64,000 nucleotides of DNA from Bugula neritina (Eukaryota > Animalia > Bryozoa): the NCBI GenBank assembly GCA_964035545.1, contig CAXIUT010000064.1, forward strand, positions 1-64,000, written 5' to 3'. The translations under genes and the position numbers were made by a program. Below are positions 13,098 to 25,375 of this stretch, piece by piece. Each line of letters opens with the position of its first letter. Within the stretch, counting starts at the first letter, position 1. The notes under the pieces were generated by a model that worked only from the letters and a program-made list of their open reading frames with translations, did no database searches and was not told the DNA's origin.

Positions 13098-13858
13098 TTA
13101 ACAAATTATAAATATATATTAAAATTCTATAAACTTTTATATAAATCATATTTTTATACATGTATATGTATATATATTAAAATTTTGCATATTATTAATA
13201 ATATAATTATTGTAAATACACAGGGAAAGTTGTTTAAATTTATTATTTTAAGAAATATAAAGCTATTGATTAATTTATAATTGTTAATTTTTAATATATT
13301 AAATTTTTTTACTATCAGTTAATATTAAAAAAAAAAACTAAAATTCAAAAGTAAGTTGTAGTTATATATATATATATAACACCTTTATTGTATTTATTAA
13401 AAATCATAATATAATTATTTTTTATATAATATAGTTAAAAATTAATACGCTTATGAACACTGTTATTAAAACTATATAGAATTACGTCTATTTATGTCAA
13501 TACATATATATATATATATGTATATATATATATTAATAGTATAATTAATAAACTAGTTATAGTTTTATATAAAGTTCTTATTAATCTATTTATTACTTTA
13601 AAATAATATTTTTTTAATTTTTACTAAATTATTTTAGCATATAATGTCTAAATATAGTTATGAAAACAAAACTTTTTGTGTCAATGTTATTAAACTTATT
13701 TAAAAAATATAGTATAATTATTAATAGTAGTAAAAAATCTAACGTTAAATGATTAAAAGTGTATTAATATTTTTATTTAAAACTAATTTTCAAAAAAAAG
13801 GATTTTATTTTTTATATATATATTTTCTGTTTTATAGCAGATACTATACAATTTTATA

Positions 13859-14350
13859 TTAAAAAAACTTATCATAAAAGATTGATAATAGTCACAGAAT
13901 GTTTCTAGTAATTTTTGCAAAAACTCATGGTGCATAAAACAATCATCATAATATTAACATTATTATCAATATTCTCGTTAATAACTGTATAAATTTCGCA
14001 AATCAATATAATATCTGACTTAATATGGGATAACCGGGAAATACTTCATAATTCTCTATTTTTTTAAAGATTTTTTCCCACGTATCTATTCAGTTTCATC
14101 TACTATATAAATTGCATTTTATTTCTCAAATAAACTTCCGCCACATACTCCCCATAATAGACTTATGTTTGTCCATTTCAGTTATATACGCTAAGAGTTT
14201 TTCCTCTAATATGTCCTCCTCTGTTTTGTCCTTTTTTTTAAGTACACGGACAGAACTTCCAATAAAATTATTATCAGGTTTATTAAATAAAGATTTTACT
14301 CATCTATAAAACCTAAATACTAGTTTAATTAAATTCTTTATTATAGCCAC
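13859..14350 (-). CDS. Orphan PGYP-family protein, repeat copy 3
   Basis: Same ORF offset by 2511. Confidence 0.75.
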
Positions 14351-15102
14351 TTAACAAATTATAAATATATATTAAAATTCTATAAACTTTTATATAAATC
14401 ATATTTTTATACATGTATATGTATATATATTAAAATTTTGCATATTATTAATAATATAATTATTGTAAATACATAGGGAAAGTTGTCTAAATTTATTATT
14501 TTAAGAAATATAAAGCTATTGATTAATTTATAATTGTTAATTTTTAATATATTAAATTTTTTTACTATCAGTTAATATTAAAAAAAAAAACTAAAATTCA
14601 AAAGTAAGTTGTAGTTATATATATATATATATAACATCTTTACTGTATTTATTAAAAATCATAATATAATTATTTTTTATATAATATAGTTAAAAATTAA
14701 TACGCTTATGAACACTGTTATTAAAACTATATAAAATTACGTCTATTTATGTCAATACATATATATATATATATATATTAATAGTGTAATTAATAAACTA
14801 GTTATAGTTTTTTATAAAGTTCTTATTAGTCTATTTATTACTTTAAAATAATATTTTTTTAATTTTTACTAAATTATTTTAGCATATAATGTCTAAATAT
14901 AGTTATGAAAACAAAATTTTTTGTGTCAATGTTATTAAACTTATTTAAAAAATATAGTATAATTATTAATAGTAGTAAAAAATCTAATGTTAAATGATTA
15001 AAAGTGTATTAATATTTTTATTTAAAACTAATTTTCAAAAAAGGGATTTTATTTTTTTTATATATATTTTCTGTTTTATAACAGATACTATACAATTTTC
15101 TA

Positions 15103-15594
15103 TTAAAAAAACTTATCATAAAAGATTGATAATAGTCACAGAATGTTTCTAGTAATTTTTGCAAAAACTCATGGTGCATAAAACAATCATCATAATATTA
15201 ACATTATTATCAATATTCTCGTTAATAACTGTATAAATTTCGCAAATCAATATAATATCTGACTTAATATAGGATAACCGGGAAATACTTCATAATTCTC
15301 TATTTTTTTAAAGATTTTTTCCCACGTATCTATTCAGTTTCATCTACTATATAAATTGCATTTTATTTCTCAAATAAACTTCCGCCACATACTCCCCATA
15401 ATAGACTTATGTTTATCCATTTCAGTTATATACGCTAAGAGTTTTTCCTCTAATATGTCCTCCTCTGTTTTGTCCTTTTTTTTAAGTACACGGACAGAAC
15501 TTCCAATAAAATTATTATCAGGTTTATTAAATAAAGATTTTACTCATCTATAAAACCTAAATACTAGTTTAATTAAATTTTTTATTATATTCAA
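15103..15594 (-). CDS. Orphan PGYP-family protein, repeat copy 4 (TTG start)
   Basis: Same ORF offset by 3755; its TTG directly follows the TAA of the upstream ORF. Confidence 0.75.
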
Positions 15595-15804
15595 TTAAAA
15601 ACATACGAAGAAAAATCAAAATTGTGCATATATTATCATAAAACATATCTTTGCTATATACATTAAAATTTTATATATTATTAATAATATAATTATTGCA
15701 AATATATAGGGAAAGGCGTCTAGGTTTGTTACTTTAGGGGATATAACAGTATCGATTAATTTACGAATGTAAATTTTTAATACATTAAATTTTTCTCTTA
15801 TCAC
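15595..15804 (-). CDS. Small orphan membrane protein (69 aa), first gene of a two-gene cassette
   Basis: GTG start, MIREKFNVLK...TVISPK...FPYIFAIIILL, TAA at 15595; decayed equivalents in units 1-3 and at ~10715-10825. Confidence 0.55.
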
Positions 15805-15881
15805 TTAATATAAAAAAAAACTAAAATTAAAAAGTAAATTATAGCTGTATACAGTTTAATATGTATATATATATATAGACA

Positions 15882-16640
15882 CATTAAAATAGCTAATTTT
15901 AGTTTTAATATATACCCAATCTTACCCATAAAACGTAAACCTAAAAAATTTTTAAATTATTAAATATATATATATATAATTAATAACTTAATTAGCATTA
16001 GTTTATTATCTTTTTATATAAATAGTTTTTAGAAATTTTATAAAAAAAATTTCATTTAAAATCACTTTAAAAATTAAAATTTTATAAACGTTATTATATC
16101 TAATAAATAGAGTAAATATTAAAAAATTTTTTATAATAATTAACAAAAATAAATACAAAAAATTTAATAACATTTACCTAAGACAACAATTAGATAAAGA
16201 TATTAATTTATATTTTATTTATTTGTCTCCATAAAGTAGCATACGTATATTAGTATTACTGTTAATACCGTACTGATATACAGATTAGTTCAAAATTAAT
16301 TAATACAATTAAAATACTATTATTAAATGCAGTAAAATTAATATTAAGAATAAATCTTTTGTCTGTATACCTCCCTTAACATAGTTAAATTTACCAATAC
16401 TTATAACACGAATATACACATAACTTTCATGTGTACATTTTCTACATTAAAAATTTTTTAAATCTATTAAAAGTATTTAACTTTAAGAATCCTATTTTAC
16501 TAAACTTACTCACCATGACGCTATTTTATTTATTTTTTAAATTTTTAATTTAAAAAATAATTTCATTCAACTTGCATGTGTTATACATTTAACTAACGTT
16601 CACTCTAAGCTAAGACCACACTCATAACTTTAATTAAGAT
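15882..16640 (-). pseudogene. Duplicated 5' part of SSU rRNA gene (rns pseudogene)
   Basis: Colinear, highly similar copy of ~55297-56157, including CAACTTGCATGTGTTATAC; truncated at its 3' side. Confidence 0.9.
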
Positions 16641-16822
16641 ATTATACGTTTAACTAGTGTTCACTCTAAGCCAAGACCGCACTCATAATTTTAATTACTA
16701 ATCTTATATATGTATATATACGATTAAGTAACGGGGGAAATTTTTAATACTTCAAAACTTATATTTTAAAATCAAATGTTACTAGTTTACTTCCTAATTA
16801 GTTAATATAAAAAAAAAATTTT

Positions 16823-17668
16823 TTACTTACTTGCAAGAAAAACATTAATAATTCAATCAATATCAATATAAACATAATAAGGCTCTACACCATATATATG
16901 TGGATATAACGCTTCTGGATAAAAAGCTATGGCCTTTATAAATTTAAAAACTAATATATTCTTTATTTCTACAAGTGTAAATTGACATTTATATCAAACA
17001 TAGAAAAATATACCAATATCTTCAAGAATACGCATTATTACCACTGCTATTAATCCCAACAATACTGACACAAATACATAGTATAATTTGTTTAATAATG
17101 GATAACCAGGAAACACTTTATTATCTTCTGTTTTTTTAATAAATATTTTTCACGTCTTCCGCAAACTACGATTACTTCGTAAATCACTTTTTGTTTCTTC
17201 TATATTTTTTTTAAGCATAATGATCAATATGTAATAATGTTCTTTTAATTTATTTATCTTATTATCAATACTATTTTTTATTTTGTTTATGTAGTCTATA
17301 AATCGGTTTTTTAATACGCTACTTTGTTGTTTTAACCTATATATCTCCTGCTTAAGACTAGTCTTTAATATATTTTTCAACTCGTTTAAATCTTTTTTTG
17401 TCTCATCTGTATATTTTATATAACTATCTTTAAGTATACTACAATGTTTTTTTAACTTATTTATCTTTTTCTTAAAAATATTCTTCAGTTTACTAAAGCC
17501 TTCTTTTATCTTGTTTGTAGACTTTTTAAACTTGTTATTTATATTACTTTTAAAACTATTCTGTAATATACTATACTCTTTTCTAATTAAACTTAAAATT
17601 CGTATACAATTTTGTTTTAACATATTATAATATGTTTTTAATTTATTTATTATTTTAAAAATATACAC
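16823..17668 (-). CDS. Orphan PGYP-family protein (281 aa) with repetitive coiled-coil-like N-half
   Basis: GTG 17668 to TAA 16823; recurring INKLK..SILK motifs, then EDNKVFPGYPLLNKL plus TM segment. Confidence 0.75.
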
Positions 17669-17695
17669 TTTAACCCTTTTTATGAATGGGATAGG

Positions 17696-17766
17696 TAGGA
17701 GAAATAGGATTTGAACCTATAATAACAGTCTTAAAACTGTAGTTTTTCCCTTTAAACTATTCTCCC
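17696..17766 (-). tRNA. Second trnW-derived tRNA-like gene with 6-nt anticodon loop
   Basis: Same as 6124-6194 except the first base (G:U pair). Confidence 0.75.
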
Positions 17767-18483
17767 TTAAACGTACATTTATATGTATATATACATATTA
17801 ATAATAAAAGAGTTATAATAATTGTTACAAATAAAAAATTTATTTATTACTAATAACTGTAAATTATAATAGTATTTACTTAAAAATTAAGTTAATAATA
17901 TAGTTTTTAATTTAATAACTATTTTTTCTTCTTTTTATAATGTAATTTAAAAGTGATAAAAACTTAGTATACCTATAGATATAATAATTAAAATTATATA
18001 AAAAAAAATATATTTATTAAAATTGTTATACGTATACATACATATATATATATAATCGTAACTTTTAAGGTTTTAAATATTTTTGTTAATACAGCTATTA
18101 CCAGTTATATATTGTTATTATATGTATGTATATATACATGTGTATATTTATAAATTTAAATAAATAAACATAACTAATCGTATTAAACCCATAATAGTTA
18201 TTATTACCATATGTATTAAAGGTCGTATAGTAATTATATATATATAAAAAATTTGCTGATAGATATCTAAAAATTATTCTAATATTTTTTAATTTATTAA
18301 TAAAACTATATATTTATTTTTTATAAATATATTTATTTAATGCATCTATAAAACATAAGTATAGTTAATTGTAAATATGTCTATAATTATTAAATTATTA
18401 CTTTTTTATTAAACTATATTTTATTTTAATTTAAAGTAAACTTTAAACAGTTAAATCGGATTAAAAAAAAATATTGATCTTGA

Positions 18484-18717
18484 TTATATATACAAAGATA
18501 GATATAAATATAAAAATTCTATATGATAAATAATTTGTAAATATAAAAGTTCTATATGATAAATAATTATCAGTAGTATATAAGCTAAATAGCACATTAT
18601 AATAAAGTATACAACGCATGTAGCTGCAGAATAAAATGATAAAATTTTACTTTTTTTTAAATTTTCTTGATGCATAAAAAATATAAAGATAGCTATTTTT
18701 ATAAATTTTTGAAACAT
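18484..18717 (-). CDS. Hypothetical hydrophobic protein (77 aa)
   Basis: ATG to TAA; internal IIYHIE repeat; no recognised homologue. Confidence 0.35.
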   Translation of the reverse strand: MFQKFIKIAIFIFFMHQENLKKSKILSFYSAATCVVYFIIMCYLAYILLIIIYHIELLYLQIIYHIEFLYLYLSLYI

Positions 18718-20076
18718 TTATTTTTTTTTATACTTTTTGTATATGTAATTATCTTTAAAAATTAATAATATATTTTATTTAGTAGTAGACAACTAAAAAA
18801 TATTTTTTTTTATAGTTTCTATAAGCTACTATTGTTATATTAATTATTTTTTACTTTTGTTTTTAATACTTTCTTAAAATTTACTTATTAGTATATAATA
18901 GTGTTTTTTTTTAGTTTATTTATTTTTTGACTAATAACACTCTTTATTATACTTTTTAATTTACTAAATTCTCTTTACTTCGTTTATAATTTATAAACTT
19001 ATCTCTTAATATACTGTTTTAATTTTTTACAGTATTTATCACTTTTTCAGTGACGCTCTTTAAAATATCTTAGTTTATTAAGATCTCTTTTTATTTTATT
19101 TGTATACTATATAGTATAAATTCGTTTGTTAATGTATTAACATAATCCTTTAATTTACCTATATTTTTATAAGTTTATTAATTAATATCTAGTTAAATGT
19201 ATAATACATTAATTAAAATTATAAGTGTGGTCTCGGTCTAGAGTGAACACTAGTTAAATGTATTAATTAATACCTTTTTATTTTTTAAGTAAGTTTATAG
19301 TTCTTATATTACTTTACATTTAGTATATCATAATAACTTTTTAATTTATTTATTATTTTTAAAAAGTTTTTTAATTTAATCAGTAAGTATAAGTATATAA
19401 ATATGTATGCATATACTTATAATTATAAGTTTTAAATTTTTTATTGTCTATATTTAGATAATTATCCTTGATTACGTTATAATTAATAAAAAAGTTATCT
19501 TATGTTAAGCGATTAAGAAAATAAAATAAATCTATTTAATTTAAGGTAAGGTTTTTATTTTACTGCTGTTAAATTTAACTTAAAATATAATAGAGTTTGG
19601 TATAATTATCTAATAATAACGTTAAAAAATTTAATATTAGATAATTAAAAATATATTAATATTTTTTATTTAAATTTAATCAAAAAATTAAATATATTAG
19701 TTTGTCTGTTTATATATATATTATAGTTTAAAATCTATTCAAATTTTCTCACGGTACTTCATTAAGAGTTGAGTCTTTTGTACTAAGTACATGAAGTTTA
19801 TCTGTGTGTGTACGTGTATATGCATATGTATATATATATATTTAAAGAATTAAGATTAAAAAAAAAAATTTAAACTATAATAAATAAACACAATATAAAT
19901 ATATATATTAAAATTTTTAATACTGAATAAATAGGGAATATATTAGTGTATTTTAACGTATTAAAGTAACTGACGATTTTAAAAAGAAATTTTTTAGCCA
20001 TTTATTTTTTTTTTAATTATATTAACAGTTAAATGAATAAATATAAATAAATATATGTGTGTATATGTGTGTATGT

Positions 20077-20355
20077 TTAAATATAATAAATAAGTAATAT
20101 TTGAATTATTATTATAATAAAAAATTTTACTAATTCATTAAAATTTAAAGATGATATAGTTTTTGTATGTGCTGAAATATATTGTAAAAAGTTTTTAAAA
20201 AAAAAAAAACATTTTTCCGCTAAATATTTATCTATCAAATATATAAAATTATTACCCAATAGATTTTTATAAAAAAAAAAAAAAAAATTTTTAATAAAAT
20301 AATCTATAAATAATCCATTTTTAAAACTGTTTTGATTTTTTAAAAAAAATTTCAT
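20077..20355 (-). CDS. ymf57: Ymf57 (complex I, ND5 C-terminal-like fragment)
   Basis: ~92 aa, FKNGLFIDYFIK...YLIDKYLAEK, as recalled for ciliate Ymf57. Confidence 0.65.
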   Translation of the reverse strand: MKFFLKNQNSFKNGLFIDYFIKNFFFFFYKNLLGNNFIYLIDKYLAEKCFFFFKNFLQYISAHTKTISSLNFNELVKFFIIIIIQILLIYYI

Positions 20356-20499
20356 TTAAATATTTATTAATAAAATTAATTTTATTTCTTTATTGTAAAT
20401 AAAAAATATTAACTATAAATATATTTATCAGTAAAAACTAAGAATTAAAAAAAAAATTTTTATCTACTGTAAGTAATTTGATATCAATTGAAGATACAT

Positions 20500-20960
20500 T
20501 TTACTGTTAGGGGAAAAAATTTACCAAATTTTTTTTTATAATTTTTTTTTGTATATTATAAGTAATAAAACATTAAGTTATAACATATTTTTACTTGTAA
20601 AAAAAAAAATTATTTAGTAGAATTTTTATAATTTTTTTTTATCTATTATTTATTATAAGCGATAAAATATTAAGTTATAATGTATTTTTTACTTTTCTGT
20701 TTATTATAGGTAATAAAACATTAAGTTATAACGTATTTTTACTTGTAAAAAAAAATTATTTAATAGAAATTTTTATAATTTTTTCTATCTATTATTTATT
20801 ATAAGTAATAAAATATTAAGTTATAATATGTTTTTACTAGTAAAAATAAAAAAAAAAAAGTTCTAACCAAGTTTTTTTTTATAATTTTTTTTTTTATTTA
20901 TTATAAGTATACTAATATTAAGTAGAAGTGTATTTTACTGTTAAAAAAAAAATTGGTAGA
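20500..20960. repeat. Degenerate copies of the ~87-bp A/T-tract repeat
   Basis: TAATAAAACATTAAGTTATAACATATTTTTACTTGTAAAA motif repeated. Confidence 0.75.
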
Positions 20961-21040
20961 ATTTTTTTATAAATTATAAGAGATATAGTATCAAGTAGAG
21001 ATATAGTTTTTTTTTTATAAAATTAGTTTTATTAAATTTT

Positions 21041-21445
21041 TTAATCAAAAAAATCATAATTAATTTTTAATTTTTTAAAGTTATAATTTTTTTTTTTTCC
21101 CTTAAAAAAAAATAAATCGGTTTTAAAAAAAATATTTATCAATAATATATAATTATAAAAATCTATACAATATAAATCTATATAATACATAAATCTAATA
21201 TAATTTTTAAAAATGTTATAAAGGTTTTTATATTTTATAGTAATAAAATTATTATTAATTTTATTATATGTTAAATTATTTCGAAAAATTAAATCAATAT
21301 CTATAAAATATAATATTTTAAAAAACTGAATATACGAAAATCATACATTATAAGATAGTCATTTATAATTTTTATTATAAATAAATGAATTTCAAATCAT
21401 TGAAGAATCAATTCTATGTAAAGTAGATAAACTTTTTTGTGCTAT
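21041..21445 (-). CDS. rps3: Ribosomal protein S3, N-terminal part (rps3_a); ATA start inferred
   Basis: (M)AQKSLSTLHRIDSSMIWNS resembles the uS3 N-terminus MGQK..P...R....W.S; open to TAA 21041; absent from the ORF track. Confidence 0.7.
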
Positions 21446-21491
21446 AGTACTATATAAAAGAATTGCACTTTTAAAAAATTCTACTTATAGT

Positions 21492-22730
21492 TTATCTGTC
21501 TATTTCACCAAATACAATATCTATAGTTCCTATAAGAGCAGCTAAATCAGCTAAATAATGCCCTTTACTTAGTTTAGGTAAAATTTGTAAATTATAAAAA
21601 CTGGGTGATCTTATTTTACATTTTAAAGGTTTATTTGAATTATTACTTAATAAAATAGTTCCAAATTCACCTTTAGGTGTTTCTATATAATTAAATAAGA
21701 TATTTTTTTTTATATTTATACCCGTATGTCATTGTAAAAAATGTTCTATAATATCTTCCATATATACATTTTTTTTTAATTTATTTCATTTTTTATTAAC
21801 TAAATTTTGATATATATAATTATCATTTAATTTACTATTCAACAATAATTCGCAAATATTTGTAATAATATTTAAACTTTCTCCCATTTCCAACATTCTT
21901 ATTAAATACCTATCATAACAATCCCCGTTTATTCCTAAAAAGCTTTTTATATTTAATCTATTATAGTTTGAATAACTATGTTTATTAGATAGTCTTAAAT
22001 CTTTTTTTAAACCTACACTTCTAGCCATAACACCCGATAAATTTCAGTTTATAATATTATTTTTATTTAAAGTTCCTATATTAATTAGTCTTTGTTTTCA
22101 AATTTTATTATATGTTAAAACATTATGCATTTCATTTAATGTTTTATAACAATTTTTAATAAAATTTAAAATATCTACTAATAGTGTTTTAGAGATTATA
22201 AAGTTAAAATTATTACTTATCTTATGAAATGCAGCGTGCATTCTTGCCCCACTAACTCTTTCATAAAATTCCATAATATTTTCTCTTTCTTCAAAAGATC
22301 AAAAAATACTAGACATACTTCCTATATCTAATGCATGACAAGCAACAGCTAACATATGATTTAATATTCTAGTTAACTCATCAAATAAAACTCTAATATA
22401 GCTTGTTGTATTACTTTTATGTTGAAAATTTAATAGCTTCTCAATAGTTAAACAATAAGCATGTTCTTGACTCATCATAGAAACATAGTCTAATCTATCG
22501 AAATATGGTATAGATTTTTCATAATGTTTAGTTTCTATTAATTTTTCAGTACTTCTATGTAAAAGACCTATATGAATATCTGTTTTTTCTATAATCTCAT
22601 TAGATAGTTGTAATACTAGTCTTAAAACTCCGTGAGCTGCAGGGTGTTGTGGTCCAAAATTTATAATTAATTTTTTATTTTTATTATTATTTTTTAAAGA
22701 GTTTCAATTAAAAAAAAAACTAAAATTCAA
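21492..22730 (-). CDS. nad7: NADH dehydrogenase subunit 7
   Basis: [27 protein letters not shown] and [12 protein letters not shown] motifs. Confidence 0.98.
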
Positions 22731-22777
22731 GTGTAATTATTTATTTAAAAAAATAATATTAAAAATAGTAAAGTTAG

Positions 22778-24844
22778 TTAAGATTTATACCTAAAATTAT
22801 TTAATTTTATTAATTTATTATCGTATATGAACGAATTTAATAATTTTTTATTTTTACTAGTTTTTAAAATTGAAAAATAGTTAGTTAAAAAATCGAATTG
22901 AATACTATTAAAAATTCCTTTAAAATATAATGGTTGTTTGAATATAAATTTAGGAATTTTTTTTTTCATTTTCATTCAAAATTTTTTTTTAACTCTTTGC
23001 CTTTTACGAATTCATTTCCTTATTTTTTTTTTTATATATAGAGATTGTACTTTAACTTTTTTTAAAAAAATTCAAAAATTTAAATTTATAGGAATTTGAT
23101 ATATTTGTTTTTTTTTTTTTATATAGAAATGTTTATAAAATAGGGAAAAATCTTTTCAAAAATTATAAGATAAATTAAATTTTATAGAAAAATAGGAAAA
23201 TAAAAAATCATTACTTTTTATAGTATTTAATGTTTTAGCTTTTAAAAAAATTGGAAAAAAATTTTTATATCGTCTTTTTTTTATTGTTTTATTTTTATAA
23301 ACACTTCAATGAGTTATTCTAGATTTTTTATAAGTTATTAATTTTTTTTGTCAAAAATTAAAAAAATAAGTTTTTTTTTTTTTTTTTTTTTTTTTTGTAA
23401 AATATAGCTTTATTGCAGAACCAATTGCCATACGATTATTAAAAAATATATAATTAGTTATTAGTTTTTTTTTTTTACTATTACTATATCTATGATTTAA
23501 AAAATTTATAGAAAAAAATAATCTTTTACAATATTTAAATTTAATTTTTTTATATTTAAATAATAATTTTCTTTTTTTTTTTTTAGTCTTAAAATATATA
23601 CGTTTAAATTTTTTTTTTCTTTTAAAATATTTTTTACGTTTTATAGTAGAAAGTGTATTTATTTTATTTAATTTCATTAATGATTTATATAATAAATCAA
23701 GTGTAGATTTTTTTTTAAAAAAATTTCATAAAAAGGTAAAAAAAAATTTTTTTTTTCAAAAATTACATATTAACTTTATATTAAAAAGTTTTAAATAACG
23801 TGGTCTAAATTTTTTTCTTCTCATAAATTTTCAAAAAAATCTTGGTTTACAATTTATCCTTAAAATTTTATAAAAAGAAATATTTTTTAGAAAAAAAAAT
23901 TTTTTTTTTTTTTTTTCTTTTCTTATTACTGTATACTTATATTTATTAATATAATTTTTTTTTAAAATTTTTTTATAAAAACGTATATAATTTAATTTAT
24001 TTTTATTTAAAGATACTTTTAACTTATCTTCTAGTTTTGTATTAGTTTCATTATAAAAGTTATTATTTCATTTTAATTTACGCGTAAAATACTCTTCTCT
24101 AAATATTCTAAAGAAACGTTTTTCATCCACTACTTCTTCCAAAAAACGTATTTTAAATCTTGATATATATGCTATTTTAAATCGTCTTTTTCAATATATA
24201 TTTAATTTTTTTTTTTTTTTATCTAATAATGTTTTAAATGTATTAAAAAATATATTTGATATATTTATTTTTTTTTTTTTTAAATAATAAAGATTATTAT
24301 GATTATATAAATTATTAGTAATTAAGGAGTAATTTTTTTTTTTTATTATAATATTACTAAAAAGTTGTTTTAACAATGCTAAATTTGTACATATCTCATT
24401 TTTTGTTATTTTAATATCATAATAATTTGATACATAATAAATATATACATATTTTCTTACTAAACGATTTCATAATTTTAATTTTTTTTTTTTTTTTTTC
24501 TTTACAATTTTATGTGTTAGCTTATAAGACTTTTTTACTTTAATTTCATTTTTATATTTATTTACTAATAAATGTTTTCACTCTAAACGATTATAATTAT
24601 TTTTTAGTTTTTTTTTAAATTTATATAAAATTTTTTTAAAACTAATACTGTAATAAATTCTTATATTAGAATATGATATTTTCCTTAATAAAAAAAAAAA
24701 TTGTTTATATTTTTTAAAAAAAATATAAATATTTTTATAATTAAAATAAGATTCAATAAAAATAGACATTTTTATTTTTTTAAAGCTAGATTTTTTATAT
24801 TTAGTTAAGGCTTTAATATACTTTCTTTTTTTTGGAAAAAACAA
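22778..24844 (-). CDS. ymf76: Long Lys-rich ribosomal protein S4-like (ymf76)
   Basis: Four track ORFs share one frame and appear joined by TGA=Trp (not every interval checked); C-terminal IPKF...IQFDFLTNY; lies downstream of rps13 as in Tetrahymena. Confidence 0.6.
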
Positions 24845-25375
24845 TTAATTTTTTGTTAATAAGTTTATTTTTTTTTTTATAAAAAAACCTATATAACTAC
24901 AGTTATTATCTATAAATTTATATTTACCAATTAATTTCCTTTTATAACTAGTTTTATATTTAATATTTAAATTATTATAATTAATTTTTTTTTTATAATA
25001 ATTTATAATATAAAAAAAATTTTCTAATAAATAACTTTTTACGTGATTAATATCAATATTACCTTTAAATTTGTTTAAAAATAATTTATGTTTTTTTGCC
25101 TTTTTTAATTTGTATTTTTTACGACTAATAGAGTTAAAACCATATGGTCTATATTCATTAAGCTGAGATAAAAACTCTATATTTTCTAAGTATACAATTT
25201 TATGAATATTTTGTACCTTATCAGTATTGATTATTATTTTACTATAAAACGGATATATATCTGCTTTATAGAAAAAAAAATTATTTATATTTTTTTTTTT
25301 ATTATATTTTTTTTTTTTTTTTTTAAAATAAAATAAATTATTTACACTATTTAATTTATTATATAAAAATAACAA
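24845..25375 (-). CDS. Basic hypothetical protein (176 aa), probably ribosomal
   Basis: Open TTG to TAA ORF tightly packed between rps13 and ymf76. Confidence 0.55.
   Translation of the reverse strand: MLFLYNKLNSVNNLFYFKKKKKKYNKKKNINNFFFYKADIYPFYSKIIINTDKVQNIHKIVYLENIEFLSQLNEYRPYGFNSISRKKYKLKKAKKHKLFLNKFKGNIDINHVKSYLLENFFYIINYYKKKINYNNLNIKYKTSYKRKLIGKYKFIDNNCSYIGFFIKKKINLLTKN

Larger units (their letters stand above)
10880..15850. repeat. Four tandem near-identical ~1.25-kb units
   Basis: Identical landmarks at 11601, 12859, 14112 and 15356 (periods 1258/1253/1244); differences are mostly (TA)n and homopolymer lengths. Confidence 0.95.

Noticed and set aside
11601-15553. Four identical + strand 65-aa ORFs
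   Set aside because: Antisense shadows of longer minus-strand ORFs that belong to a motif-sharing family.
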